Notes under the pieces: generated by a model
The model's database searches: none
What the model was told of the DNA's origin: nothing
Seen by the model: only the letters and a program-made list of their open reading frames with translations
Program-made: the position numbers and the translations under genes
Shown: in pieces, positions 8,216 to 18,311 of the stretch
Layout of the letters: each line of letters starts with the position of its first letter
How positions within the stretch are numbered: position 1 is the first letter of the stretch
Origin: Tubiluchus corallicola
Lineage: Eukaryota > Animalia > Priapulida
NCBI GenBank assembly: GCA_030141605.1
Contig: JAQGDQ010002430.1
Span: forward strand, 1 to 34,062
Direction: 5' to 3'
Length of the DNA stretch: 34,062 nt

Positions 8216-10152
8216 TTAATTGTGATATTGTGCTTGTTGTTCCTGTTCTTGTAATTGTTGTTTCTGTAATTGTGCTTGTTTAACTTTTATTTGTTCTTGT
8301 AATTTGGCTGCAAATGGCATTGTTGAGTTTTCAAGGAACATATCTAAATCTATAAAGCCACTCTGTAACATTTGTTGTAAAAAGTCTTCTGTAATTGCTC
8401 GGTATGTGGGTGTGTTAGTTCCTTTTACTATTTTAACGTCAAAACACATAGTTTTAAGTTCTTCGCTTTGTAGTGTATCTTCTGTAATGTTGTAATAATC
8501 AGTTTCGGTGTAATATTGTTTAATAAGTTGTAATATTTTTTCGTTTTTTTTATTTAGAAACAGGTTGTAAGTGTCCATTATATCCTGCGTTGTAATAGTA
8601 GCGTTTTCTACTTGCATAGCGTATAATGATGCGGGTGTCCCACTTGCAGGTGCTTTACCCTGTATTGCCCCCTGAACTCCTGATATATCGTCAATTAATT
8701 TAAGTTGTATTTGGAGTAGTTTGTCAATATCACTGCTGGAATAGTTATGTGTAACTTGCTCGGGTTTATAGTCGCCTACTTTTGCGTTGTATTCTATCAC
8801 ACCATTTGCTTTTGTCCACTCTCGCAAAAAATCGTCTTTGTTTTTTCCTTCTGGTATGGCTGATGTTGGTAGCATAAGTACGCCTTTTGCTGATGAACCT
8901 ATAATGAAATCTTTGAGAATGATTAGCCTGTTTATATATTTTTGTTGGTCTATAAAGTCCTCTGTTATTCCTCGTATTTCTCCGTTTATAAGTGGGTAGG
9001 GATGAAATATATAGGGGTGTTGTTGATGTTGGTAGGGGTTTTCTTGTATATGTAGTACTTGTGCTTCTGGTGTAAGGTATACAACAAACCATTCATCATC
9101 GTATCTGTGTTCTAATTCAAGGAGTGGGACTTCTTCTATGTGTATACCTATTTCCTTCGCTGATGCTATTCGTCTTTTGTTTTCGGCTATTACTCTACTT
9201 TGTATCTCTTTAAAAGTGTGGTATTTGTATATAGTTGTTTCTGCATCTGCGTTGTCGTATGTGGTGGGTTTTAATATTGTTTTTTTTATCCAAACTTCAA
9301 AATAACGAACTTTTTCGGCATAATAAGGGGTGTGAAAACTGTCGTAAAATTCGTTTCCATCGCCTATTTGTTGCCCTCCGTAGCCTTGCAAAATATGTGA
9401 GTACATATTTTTTATTTTGTTTGCTTTTTCTGGTTTTCCAAAAGAGAATAGGGATATTACTTTTTCAATTGATGTGTCTATTATTTCGGCAACCGTTGTG
9501 AGTACGTCCTGTTGTTGGTTGGTTAGTCCTGTATTAAATATGAAACGTGCGGGGTTTATGGTATAACATTGTATTGTATTTCGTTTTTTTTGTGCATCCC
9601 ACCCGTAATAGGTTTTATATACGGGCATTCCACTTAGTATAAATTCCTCAAAGTTTCGTGCGTCTTGGTCTCTGTATTGGTTTTTTTCGTTTACATATTC
9701 AAGTGCTTGGGATAATATATCCGCGATGTGTGCCTCTTCTTTGACACGGGACATAACAACTACGTCTGTTTGTCCTCTTCTAAATTGTCCTACAAGGTTT
9801 CGGATTAGTTTTGTTATTATGTTTTGTTTGAGTGGTTGCCTTCCTTGTTTAAGTATGTATTGTTCTTCGGTCATCCATTGGTTGGTTTCGGGGTCTTTTA
9901 TGGGGTCGCTCCATTGTTTTCCTGCGTTGTAATTTATGCTGCGTTGTCTTCTGTTCCTAAACGATGAAAGGGATGTATGGTAATTTTGTACTCTGGTAAG
10001 TAGTTGGTAGGGTGTTTCTGTTTGAAATATGGTGTTGTATAGGTATTGTGGATAGGTGTTTAAGTGTTTGATTTGTTTTTGATATGGTTTTTTAGTCTTT
10101 TTTGTTTAGCATACCAATCTCTAATGTTTAATGTATTTATTGTTGTGTTCAT
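8216..10152 (-). CDS. Portal protein (P22-like); the 5' part needs a -1 frameshift near 10087-10093
   Basis: Motifs NLVGQFR, SGMP, DQQKYINRL, ISGVQGAIQG, Q-rich tail. The frame stays open upstream of the called ATG 9874 to 10105 (FRNRRQRSINYNAGKQWSDP). The plausible ATG at 10152 is in another frame. Confidence 0.8.
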
Positions 10153-10156
10153 AGTT

Positions 10157-10654
10157 CTATCCTAATGGTCTGTATGGTCTGTTGTACTGGTCTCGTAGGA
10201 GCATATAATAAGATAGTTTTTCATAGTTTTTTTGATATTGTTCGTAATGGTAGTTGGCTTGATTTGTATCTTTTTTTTTCACAAACCAGCGTTGCAATAT
10301 GAAATGTATCATTGTTTGCTTTACTGCATTTTCTAATATAGGTAGTGTTGTTGTGTTGTAATGTTCGGGTTCTACAAAAGAATATATAATAAGTCCTTTT
10401 GTTCCTGTGTTTTCATTGTCGAAGAAATAGGGTCGGTTGAATAGGTTTTTTGCAAGTGGTTTTTGTTCTCTTATGAAACCTTGCAGGATAATTTTAGCTA
10501 CTTCTTTTAAGTTTGCGTAAAAGTAGTCGTATCTGTCTTCCGACAATGATGTTACATTTATATTTTCGGTGTTATATGCAGAGGTGCGTATGTAAACCTC
10601 TTTTAAGATTTCTTTTATATTTATTTTTATGTTTATGGTATCTCCTTTTGCCAT
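10157..10654 (-). CDS. Phage hypothetical protein, possible head-tail connector
   Basis: 165-aa helical ORF immediately upstream of the portal gene. Function is inferred from position only. Confidence 0.55.
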   Translation of the reverse strand: MAKGDTINIKINIKEILKEVYIRTSAYNTENINVTSLSEDRYDYFYANLKEVAKIILQGFIREQKPLAKNLFNRPYFFDNENTGTKGLIIYSFVEPEHYNTTTLPILENAVKQTMIHFILQRWFVKKKDTNQANYHYEQYQKNYEKLSYYMLLRDQYNRPYRPLG

Positions 10655-10678
10655 TGGTCTATATGTTTTTTTGTTGTT

Positions 10679-11131
10679 TTAGTGTCCGTATTCTTCTTTT
10701 CTTATTTCGTAAATTTTGTCTTCTATTTGTTGGTCAAGGTTTTGGTTGGTTACAAAGTTGTTGTCTACATAGCTTTCATCTGCTTTATTAGATAGTTCAG
10801 TTTCTACCTCTATTTTATCTGCTTTACTTTCTACTTCTGTTTTGTTTGCTTTGGTTGATAGTTCAGCATCTACGTATGTTATATTTGCTTTGGTATTAAG
10901 TTCTGTTTTGTTTGCTTTGGTTGATAGTTCTGTATCTACTTCTATTTTTGTATATGTGGTTGTTTTATCTGCTTTTTCTTGTAAGCCTGTATGTGTAAGG
11001 TATGCGGTGGGTATTTTGTTCGGGTCGTTGTTGTTGGGTTCGTTTGTAATACTTGTTTTATCTACTTTTTTGTTTTGTTCGTCTTCGAAAAAGTCGTCTA
11101 ATTCTTTTTTTGCTTGGTCTAATTCGTTCAT
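10679..11131 (-). CDS. Hypothetical protein with KA(D/N)K repeats (fibre/coiled-coil-like)
   Basis: Repeated ELSTKANKT / KADK units. Co-oriented within the operon. Confidence 0.6.
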   Translation of the reverse strand: MNELDQAKKELDDFFEDEQNKKVDKTSITNEPNNNDPNKIPTAYLTHTGLQEKADKTTTYTKIEVDTELSTKANKTELNTKANITYVDAELSTKANKTEVESKADKIEVETELSNKADESYVDNNFVTNQNLDQQIEDKIYEIRKEEYGH

Positions 11132-11201
11132 TTTATTTTTTATTTTGTATCTGGGTTGTTTAGTGAGTTTAATTGTAGGTTGCCACGTCTTTTTTGTTTT
11201 T

Positions 11202-11450
11202 TTATTTTTCGTATTTTTTTTGTAAACTCTTAGCTCCTAACATAATGGAGAGCATACCGCCTGCTGCTGCTATTATGGCAGCCATACCCATAAAGTCAGT
11301 TGTGCTATTGAAAACTATTTTATAGGCTAATGAAAGCATAATAATGCAAATGTTTAAGGTCATTATGAACAATACTAAGCGTGTCATTGATAGGTTGTTT
11401 TTGTTTTCTGGACACTGGAAGAAGGATATAAATTTGCAATTCTTATTCAT
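11202..11450 (-). CDS. Putative holin (2 TM helices)
   Basis: 82 aa, SMTRL motif, two hydrophobic helices, basic C-terminus, directly downstream of the amidase remnant. Confidence 0.6.
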   Translation of the reverse strand: MNKNCKFISFFQCPENKNNLSMTRLVLFIMTLNICIIMLSLAYKIVFNSTTDFMGMAAIIAAAGGMLSIMLGAKSLQKKYEK

Positions 11451-11491
11451 TTATTTTTAGTAGTTTTTTTAGATTAAAATTTGGGCAAATC

Positions 11492-11672
11492 TTATTTGAA
11501 AATTCGTTGTGTCCTTATATTGTCAGTTTTACTTTCTACTTCTACTGTTCCGTCAGTATAGATTATGCAATGAAAGCCTATTTTTTTATGCCACGTGTCT
11601 ATCTCTCCTACGGTGATATGTTTCCTGTTGGGTGTGGTGTGGCGTGGCGGTGTAGTGTACTATTATTTTATT
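11492..11672 (-). pseudogene. Degraded N-acetylmuramoyl-L-alanine amidase (T7-lysozyme-like endolysin)
   Basis: The minus strand reads NKIIVHYTATP, then after a frameshift PNRKHITVGEIDTWHKKIGFHCIIYTDGTVE.... This matches the IIVHCTATP..IDxWH..IGYH..DG pattern. There is no start codon and the ORF stops early. Confidence 0.8.
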
Positions 11673-11674
11673 AT

Positions 11675-12784
11675 TTAAGGGTCTGTCCACTCAAATCTTC
11701 CTGCTCCATCGGAGGTAAGCACTTGCCCTGCTTCCCCTGTGCTATTGTGTTTGTCTATTATGCCTGTTGTTTTTATATTACCGTTTACTTCTAATTTTTC
11801 ATTAGGTGAGTCTGTTCCTATGCCTACATTTCCTGCATATTTAATTGTTAAATAGTCATTAAGGTTAGCACCCCCTTTTATTGTAAAATCACCATTTGTT
11901 CCTGCTGTTTGTTGTATACACCATTCTTTCGCTCCGCCTGTGTTCCAAAACTCTACTCCGTTCGTATCGTTGTTGTTGGTTCGTTGTAGTACCAAACCTA
12001 CTCCATCTCTTATTAAGTCTCTTATATGTAGAGGGGCAGCTACATTTCCCTCTGTATTTATTCCAAACTTACCTGCTGTGTCAATTTCTGCTATATTTCC
12101 TCCTACGTGAAGATAATCGCCTTTTTCGTCTCCTATTTGTATTCGTAATATACCGTTTTTTGCACTTAGCCTAATAGACTGAATATTTATCTCCTTTTCC
12201 TTTTCCTTTTCATTTGAAACTAAGGTATCTTGTATTGCGAGTGTGGTTATATTATGTTGCGAGCCAAAAAAGGCTACTACTTGCTCACTGCTTTCTGCGT
12301 GAAATTGTTTTACTGGGTTATTTGTTCCTATTCCTACTTTTCCATCATTTTTAACTGTAATTGCACTGTCTTTGATAGTAAGTTCGTCTGTTGTACCAAA
12401 TAGTTTTATTGTGTTGTTCTGTCCTATATGTACATTGTTTTTCTCGGTAGGAGTAGTTGTATTAAATGTTCCGCCTCCTTCTTGGTAGGATGATATGGTG
12501 TTGGCAGTTCCTCCATCATTTGAGGAACTGCCAAAATCAAAACCCAATTCTGCAATTTTTTTAGATGCTTCTTGCGATGAATTATACTCTACCCCATTTA
12601 TTTTAATGGGCCTGTCTATATCTACTACTACATTCCATATTGTTTTGCCGTTATTATCTTTGATAGATAAAGTATTTCCGTTGTATAGTGTGTAGCCGCT
12701 TGATATTCCAAAGTCCTTTTCTTTTTCTGTTTGTGTTACTCTTGATAGGTAACCGTTGCTGTCTATGTTTATTTCTATGCTCAT
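11675..12784 (-). CDS. Tail fibre/spike-like protein
   Basis: Repeated G(K/N)VGIGT.xP motifs, KLEVNGNI, and GQVLTSDG at the C-terminus. Confidence 0.7.
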   Translation of the reverse strand: MSIEINIDSNGYLSRVTQTEKEKDFGISSGYTLYNGNTLSIKDNNGKTIWNVVVDIDRPIKINGVEYNSSQEASKKIAELGFDFGSSSNDGGTANTISSYQEGGGTFNTTTPTEKNNVHIGQNNTIKLFGTTDELTIKDSAITVKNDGKVGIGTNNPVKQFHAESSEQVVAFFGSQHNITTLAIQDTLVSNEKEKEKEINIQSIRLSAKNGILRIQIGDEKGDYLHVGGNIAEIDTAGKFGINTEGNVAAPLHIRDLIRDGVGLVLQRTNNNDTNGVEFWNTGGAKEWCIQQTAGTNGDFTIKGGANLNDYLTIKYAGNVGIGTDSPNEKLEVNGNIKTTGIIDKHNSTGEAGQVLTSDGAGRFEWTDP

Positions 12785-12791
12785 AATTTTA

Positions 12792-13553
12792 TTAGTTTAA
12801 AAATTTTATATTTTCTGGATATTTTTTAGATGCTCCGAGTAGGTGAGCGTACCCTGTTTGTTCTACTTTTGATAAAAAAACGTTTACCTTACTACTGTTA
12901 AATTGAAATGTAGGTTTTATGTTGTGTTGTTTGCATAGTTCATATATGGCGTACTGCTCAAAGTAGATTAGAAATCTTGTAATGACGCTATCCGTAGTTA
13001 GTTTATGCTTGTTTTTGTACAAATAGTCAAAGAATAGTTTTATGTAGCTTTCTTTTAATTGTTGGTTTTTAATACCTAACATACCTACGTTGTAAGAGTG
13101 TTTTTCTTTGTTATCATAAGGCATAGCTATACCTGCGTAACTTAGGTACTCAAATATGTTTAGTGTGTCTATTCCTGCGTCTCTTTCGTCGTTTTGGAGT
13201 ATGATATTGTCGTAATTTTTGAACTTAAATTTTTTGGATACATAGACATCTATATCTACGTGTATGTAGTCTTCTAATTTCAATTTTTGATATGTAATGA
13301 ATTTACCCAAAGCCCATATTTTAGGGTTGTAGTCTTTTGTGTCGTTTAGGTATGTATATATTTTGTCGTAGTGTAATTGTAATTGTTGAGCTATTTTTTT
13401 GCCTTCATCATCGGTAACAAGTATTAGATTAACTCTGTTTTCTTTCCACATTTTACAACTTAGTTTCCAAGATGCGTAAAAGGCTTCTATTGTAGAAAAA
13501 CCGTGAAAGCCTTTAAAAATTGGTTTTGACCATAATGTATGAACAATATTCAT
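12792..13553 (-). CDS. DUF6734-like protein (possible DxD glycosyltransferase-like fold)
   Basis: MNIVHTLWSKP, LVTD, IWALGK, HVDID, YNVGMLG, FEQY, YAHLLG motifs. Confidence 0.6.
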   Translation of the reverse strand: MNIVHTLWSKPIFKGFHGFSTIEAFYASWKLSCKMWKENRVNLILVTDDEGKKIAQQLQLHYDKIYTYLNDTKDYNPKIWALGKFITYQKLKLEDYIHVDIDVYVSKKFKFKNYDNIILQNDERDAGIDTLNIFEYLSYAGIAMPYDNKEKHSYNVGMLGIKNQQLKESYIKLFFDYLYKNKHKLTTDSVITRFLIYFEQYAIYELCKQHNIKPTFQFNSSKVNVFLSKVEQTGYAHLLGASKKYPENIKFLN

Positions 13554-13569
13554 AGTACTAAGTATATTT

Positions 13570-15258
13570 TTACTGTTTCATTATATATGCTAATGTGTAA
13601 TAGCTAGGCCTGTTTTCGTGTGGGTGGCTGCTGCCATTAGCTCCTATGGATAGTCCGTGTGTGTGTCCACTGTGATGTGAAGTAGAAATTCCGCCTGTTA
13701 CATTGCTGCCTGCCCTGATTATACTTGTTACATTTCCATCTCCTGTACCTACATTGTTTATAGAGTGGTTGTGGTATCCACCTGTTGAAGTACTTCCTGC
13801 GTGAGTATGGCTTGGCATTTCATCTGTTGTTAGTGTGTGTGTATCACTTCCTCCTGTTTTTCCTATGCTGTTATAATCTGTGTTGTTGGGGTTGTAGCCT
13901 GCAATAAAACGTCCTCTTAAATCGGGGGTGTTGTTTGTTCCATCGCACAAAGTCCAGTCATCGGGTATATTTGCCACTGCTCCGCTCCACATAGCAATTA
14001 GTCCAGTGGGTGCTGTTCCTCCCATAGTATTTATAATTATTTCGTTTGCATCGTTGGTAATAGTTACATTACCCCCTGCTTTGAGGGTTTTAAGCTCTAA
14101 ATTTTCGTTTGTTTTTTGCTTAAATATTTTGCCTTCTCCACTGCCTACGTTGGTCGCTGTGTTGATTTCGCCTTCTGTGGCTGTGGTGTTTATAGTTATT
14201 TCGTTTGCATCGTTGGTAATAGTTACCTTATCCCCTGCTTTGAGGGTTTTAAGCTCTAAGGTTTCATCGGTTTTTTGTTTAAATATCTTGCCTTCTCCAC
14301 TGCCTACGTTGCTTGCTGTGTTGGTTTCGCCTTCTGTGGCTGTGGTGTTTATAGTTATTTCGTTTGCATCGTTGGTAATAGTTACCTTATCCCCTGCTTT
14401 GAGGGTTTTAAGTTCCAAATTTTCATCGGTTTTTTGTTTAAATATTTTTCCTTCTCCTGTTCCTATGTTGGTGGCTGTGTTGGTTTCTGCTGTGGTGTTT
14501 ATAGTTACTTCATCTGTATTGTTGCTGATGTTTACGTTTTCCCCTGCTTTGAGGGTTTTAAGCTCTAAATTTTCATTGGTTTTTTGTTTAAATATCTTGC
14601 CTTCTCCTGTTCCTATGTTGGTGGCGGAGGTTGCAAGTTCTGTCCAATCGTCCGTGTTGCTTCTTATAAATATTCTGTTTTCTACGAAATAAAGTTGGTA
14701 TGAGTGTGAACTTTCGTTTGTGAGTGTGAAGATAAAGGCTTCTTTGTTTGTAGTGGGAGTGTTTGCTATGTTGTTTGCTATGTTGTATATGCTGTCGTGG
14801 TTTATTGTATTTGCGTCTGTAATATTGTGAGGTATGTTTTCTACGTTTCCTTGCGAATTTAGTCCTTTGATGTGTTCGAGTTGCAAGGGTAGGGGTATCC
14901 ATTGAGAACTATTGCTAATGTATGCTATTCCTCCCTGTTTTGTATAGTATATAAGTGTGTTGTTGTCTGTGCTTGGTGTGGGTAGTTCGCTGTATGTTTC
15001 AACAATACCGTCATATATCTTTTCTATACTACCATCTACATAATCGTTGCTTGCAACATTTAGTATTAGCCAGTTGAAAAAGCGTTTAAACCATCCAAAT
15101 CCTACGGGTTGATATTCTATAATTTTGTCTTTTAGGTAAGAATTGAAAAATTCTTTACCAAAATTGGGGTCTGAACGTATATAGTCTTGTAAGGCTTGTG
15201 TATTTTTTTCAAATAGCTTGTTAAATAGTGTTTCAACCAGCGAGCTAAGGGTTGCCAT
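13570..15258 (-). CDS. Tail fibre protein with four internal ~50-53-aa repeats and a C-terminal tail-collar/His-rich tip domain
   Basis: (TATNIGTGEGKIFKQKTNENLELKTLKAG..TIN)x4; GLIAMWSG..WTLCDG..TPDLRGRF; MPSHTH; HENRPSYY. ATG 15258 is preferred over the track's TTG at 15294. Confidence 0.8.
   Translation of the reverse strand: MATLSSLVETLFNKLFEKNTQALQDYIRSDPNFGKEFFNSYLKDKIIEYQPVGFGWFKRFFNWLILNVASNDYVDGSIEKIYDGIVETYSELPTPSTDNNTLIYYTKQGGIAYISNSSQWIPLPLQLEHIKGLNSQGNVENIPHNITDANTINHDSIYNIANNIANTPTTNKEAFIFTLTNESSHSYQLYFVENRIFIRSNTDDWTELATSATNIGTGEGKIFKQKTNENLELKTLKAGENVNISNNTDEVTINTTAETNTATNIGTGEGKIFKQKTDENLELKTLKAGDKVTITNDANEITINTTATEGETNTASNVGSGEGKIFKQKTDETLELKTLKAGDKVTITNDANEITINTTATEGEINTATNVGSGEGKIFKQKTNENLELKTLKAGGNVTITNDANEIIINTMGGTAPTGLIAMWSGAVANIPDDWTLCDGTNNTPDLRGRFIAGYNPNNTDYNSIGKTGGSDTHTLTTDEMPSHTHAGSTSTGGYHNHSINNVGTGDGNVTSIIRAGSNVTGGISTSHHSGHTHGLSIGANGSSHPHENRPSYYTLAYIMKQ
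14025..14625. repeat. Four 150-159-bp coding tandem repeats in the tail fibre gene
   Basis: cccctgctttgagggttttaag... recurs four times. Confidence 0.9.
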
Positions 15259-15454
15259 TTCTTTTAAGGGTTTTTGTTTTATGTGCGATAACAAAGTAAA
15301 TATCTATAAGGTGTAATTGCACAATGAACAATTAAGTAGTTAGGAGGTCTTTACCTAAAAAATGAGTAAAGATTACCTATGCTTTTTCATAATTGCTTTG
15401 TGAAGCAATATCTATGTGCAATTTTTGTAATACGAAAAGACAAAAATTTAAATA

Positions 15455-16156
15455 ATGAAGAATAATATTTCTAACAGTAGGAAGTGGCAAGATGTGATAA
15501 GACAGTATGCTATGGGTAGAGGAGAGAAAGACTTTAAGGGAGACAATGGCTACGATGATATGCTTGATAATTTTTTCAGCGATTATCAAAACACTGACGA
15601 GAAGTTTAAGGAGTTGATGCAAGACCCCCATTTGGCAATTCTTATCCAAGAAATGGCAAAGGGAGTTCCTTTTGTTTTGGCGATGTCTAAAATATTGACT
15701 CCGAAGGATATTGAGATAATGCAAACAGATGAAGGTTACTCGGAATATGAAAATATGCTTAGGGATGAGAAGGAAAAAAATAAGAAGTTTGGTATCAATG
15801 TAAAAGAGTCTTTGCAAAATTTTAATGAAGTGGCAAACGAATTTAAGATGAGCGATGAAGTCAAGGACAAGTTTAGAAATATGGTAGCAAAGTTTATAGA
15901 TGCTTTACGAGATGGCTTAATAACTAAGGAGGAGTATATAGGTATGTATAAATCAATGATGTATGACAGTGATGTGGCAAAGAATGAAAAAGTTAAAAAG
16001 ACAGTTGCACCAGCTATAACGGTATTGCCTAATGTCAATAGCGGAGGTGGAGGTGGAGACCTAAGAAACACATTACCACCTTCGGAGTTGAACGGAGCAA
16101 TGGATGCTTTGTATGAAAAACAAGAGGAAAGGGCAAAACGAAAAATTAACTATTAA
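15455..16156 (+). CDS. Putative capsid scaffolding protein
   Basis: Charged, helical 233-aa protein with a flexible G/P-rich C-terminus, immediately upstream of the capsid gene. Confidence 0.5.
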   Translation: MKNNISNSRKWQDVIRQYAMGRGEKDFKGDNGYDDMLDNFFSDYQNTDEKFKELMQDPHLAILIQEMAKGVPFVLAMSKILTPKDIEIMQTDEGYSEYENMLRDEKEKNKKFGINVKESLQNFNEVANEFKMSDEVKDKFRNMVAKFIDALRDGLITKEEYIGMYKSMMYDSDVAKNEKVKKTVAPAITVLPNVNSGGGGGDLRNTLPPSELNGAMDALYEKQEERAKRKINY

Positions 16157-16168
16157 ATAAAATGAAAG

Positions 16169-17647
16169 ATGAGGATGAATAAAAAATTAAGAATTTCGAT
16201 GTTTTTACTACTACTAATAACATTTACATTAAGTTACTTAGGATGTTTACCAGACTTTTTAGATGCTTTTTTGTTTGGTTTTGAAGGAATTGGTTTTGCT
16301 GCTGCTTTACCACCAGAGAAAGGGACATCTACAAACAACACAACAGAAGGGGTAAGTTTGGAGCAATTGCAAGACCAGACGGGAATTGTTAGACCTATAC
16401 ATAATAACGTGTTGTATAGAGTATCGCCTTATCGTTATCCATTAGACAGTATGTTTAGGTTTATGGAATGGGAAAAACTTACAAGTTCAAAGGCAGTACA
16501 AGACCAGCTAAAACTTCTTAATAAAAAAGAAATTACAAAGGAAGTACAAATAAGCTCTGAGCAAATGAGAGATATTTTGAACGAAGGGCGAGGTATAGAA
16601 TTTAAATGGCATTCTTTGGCTATAAGACCGCATCAAGACGAACTGGTAACAGGTTTTTCAGGGGGTAATAATGTAGCAGATTTAGAAGTAAAGAATATAA
16701 GTATGTGGGGCGACCAAGACACACTTTATGTTCATAATATGGTAAATGGAGTAGGTAAGAAAATAGTGTTATATGTTTATGATATAGATAGACCAAATAA
16801 TATAATCAAGGTTCAAAGTGCGAGTAAGGATTTAGGGGGCAATATAGTAGATATACCTGTTTTACCTGCTGATGCACGTGTTACACGTATGGGGACTGCG
16901 GGTAGTGAGTATGATATAAAATCAACACCTTACGCCAACTATCCAGAAGAAGAAAACAATATAGTTCAAAAATTTACGGGTTCTGTCAAATGGAGTAATT
17001 GGTCTGAGTGGCAAAGCAAGTTCGTAAACTTTGGTAAGGGCAATATTACAGAACAAACCTTAGAAGATATGCGAGCGTCAATGGAGTTCTCCTATACGTT
17101 TAGCAGCAAATGTGAGATAATAGACGTAAAAACACAAAAGAAAGTATTAATAACGGGTGGACTTTTAGATTATGTTTCAAAGAATATAGAATATGGACAA
17201 GGTGGCGGTGATACAACTATTGATAGAAAGCAAATTATTGAAATAACAGAACAACTATTTGCTGACAATAACGGAAGCAATAAAAGGTTTTTGTTTGGAG
17301 GCAGCCATTTTATATCTGCCCTTGCCAAAAGTGATGAAAGTCAAAGACGCATAGATAGTTTGAAAACGGAAGTAATATATGGTATTACTTTTTCTACGAT
17401 AAAAACAGAGTTTGGAACAATTTATATATATCATCATCAACTACTAAATCAAACGGACTTTGCAGATAAAGCCATTGTATTAGATATGGAATTTGTGCGT
17501 AGACGAATATTTCAGCCTTTGGAAGTAAGCGAATTGGATGATAAAGCGTTAGGATTGTCAGATAGTCGTTCAACTAATATTATAGAGGCAGCGGGTATAG
17601 AGATAGCTAACCCAGACGCTCACGCTATTTTATCGCCAGCACCTTAA
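16169..17647 (+). CDS. Major capsid protein (SU10/DUF5309-like) with a hydrophobic N-terminal leader
   Basis: YPLD, FKW, NIVQKF, EDMRASMEF, TGGL, LFGGSHF, TEFG..I..H and NPDAHA pattern, plus position after the scaffold-like gene. Confidence 0.7.
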   Translation: MRMNKKLRISMFLLLLITFTLSYLGCLPDFLDAFLFGFEGIGFAAALPPEKGTSTNNTTEGVSLEQLQDQTGIVRPIHNNVLYRVSPYRYPLDSMFRFMEWEKLTSSKAVQDQLKLLNKKEITKEVQISSEQMRDILNEGRGIEFKWHSLAIRPHQDELVTGFSGGNNVADLEVKNISMWGDQDTLYVHNMVNGVGKKIVLYVYDIDRPNNIIKVQSASKDLGGNIVDIPVLPADARVTRMGTAGSEYDIKSTPYANYPEEENNIVQKFTGSVKWSNWSEWQSKFVNFGKGNITEQTLEDMRASMEFSYTFSSKCEIIDVKTQKKVLITGGLLDYVSKNIEYGQGGGDTTIDRKQIIEITEQLFADNNGSNKRFLFGGSHFISALAKSDESQRRIDSLKTEVIYGITFSTIKTEFGTIYIYHHQLLNQTDFADKAIVLDMEFVRRRIFQPLEVSELDDKALGLSDSRSTNIIEAAGIEIANPDAHAILSPAP

Positions 17648-17678
17648 AAATAATAAACTAATAAAAAATATAGAAAAA

Positions 17679-18308
17679 ATGGTAGATAATAATAAAATGG
17701 TAGATGCTACTTCGAAGACCTACAAATTAGAAGGCAAATATGCTACTTTGGTCGCAAATTTAAACATAGATGGAAGTATTATGCAGATTAAATTTCAAAA
17801 TAGAATTTATTCGACTGTCAATGAAGATGTGCAGAAAGCCATAGAAAGAAGGGGGGACTTTGGAAAGTCCCTTAAAATTCTAAGAAGTAAAAAAGTAAAG
17901 GCAAACGAAAAGGATGTAAGAACAATTTACCAGAAAGATAATAAAGTTTTTAAGAAAGGATTAGAGGTAGTGAAAACTTGGCAAATGGTTTTAGGAGATA
18001 AAAAGGTGCAGGAAAGTATAATAAATATTTTTCGTTCCATTTTGGATAAAAAAAAGGAAGAAGTAACTACCCAGAAAAAAGTAGTTGTTGCTCCAAAAGA
18101 ACCTAAACCAAAAAAGGATAAGAAAACACCAAAAAAGGATAATAAAACACCAAAATTGGAAGCACAAGAATTTAACACGGTGGAAGAAGCACAAAAATTT
18201 TTACTTGATTACAGCGAAGGTAAGTTTACAAAGAATGATATTTTGAGCATAGAGAACATTGTAGGCAAAGGCAAAGAAATGGGATATAACATAACTATAA
18301 AAAGCTAA
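17679..18308 (+). CDS. Phage hypothetical protein
   Basis: 209-aa Lys-rich ORF directly after the capsid gene. Confidence 0.7.
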   Translation: MVDNNKMVDATSKTYKLEGKYATLVANLNIDGSIMQIKFQNRIYSTVNEDVQKAIERRGDFGKSLKILRSKKVKANEKDVRTIYQKDNKVFKKGLEVVKTWQMVLGDKKVQESIINIFRSILDKKKEEVTTQKKVVVAPKEPKPKKDKKTPKKDNKTPKLEAQEFNTVEEAQKFLLDYSEGKFTKNDILSIENIVGKGKEMGYNITIKS

Positions 18309-18311
18309 GTT

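Noticed and set aside
11507-11794. 95-aa plus-strand ORF
   Set aside because: It is antisense to the amidase remnant and the end of the fibre gene, with an implausible composition.
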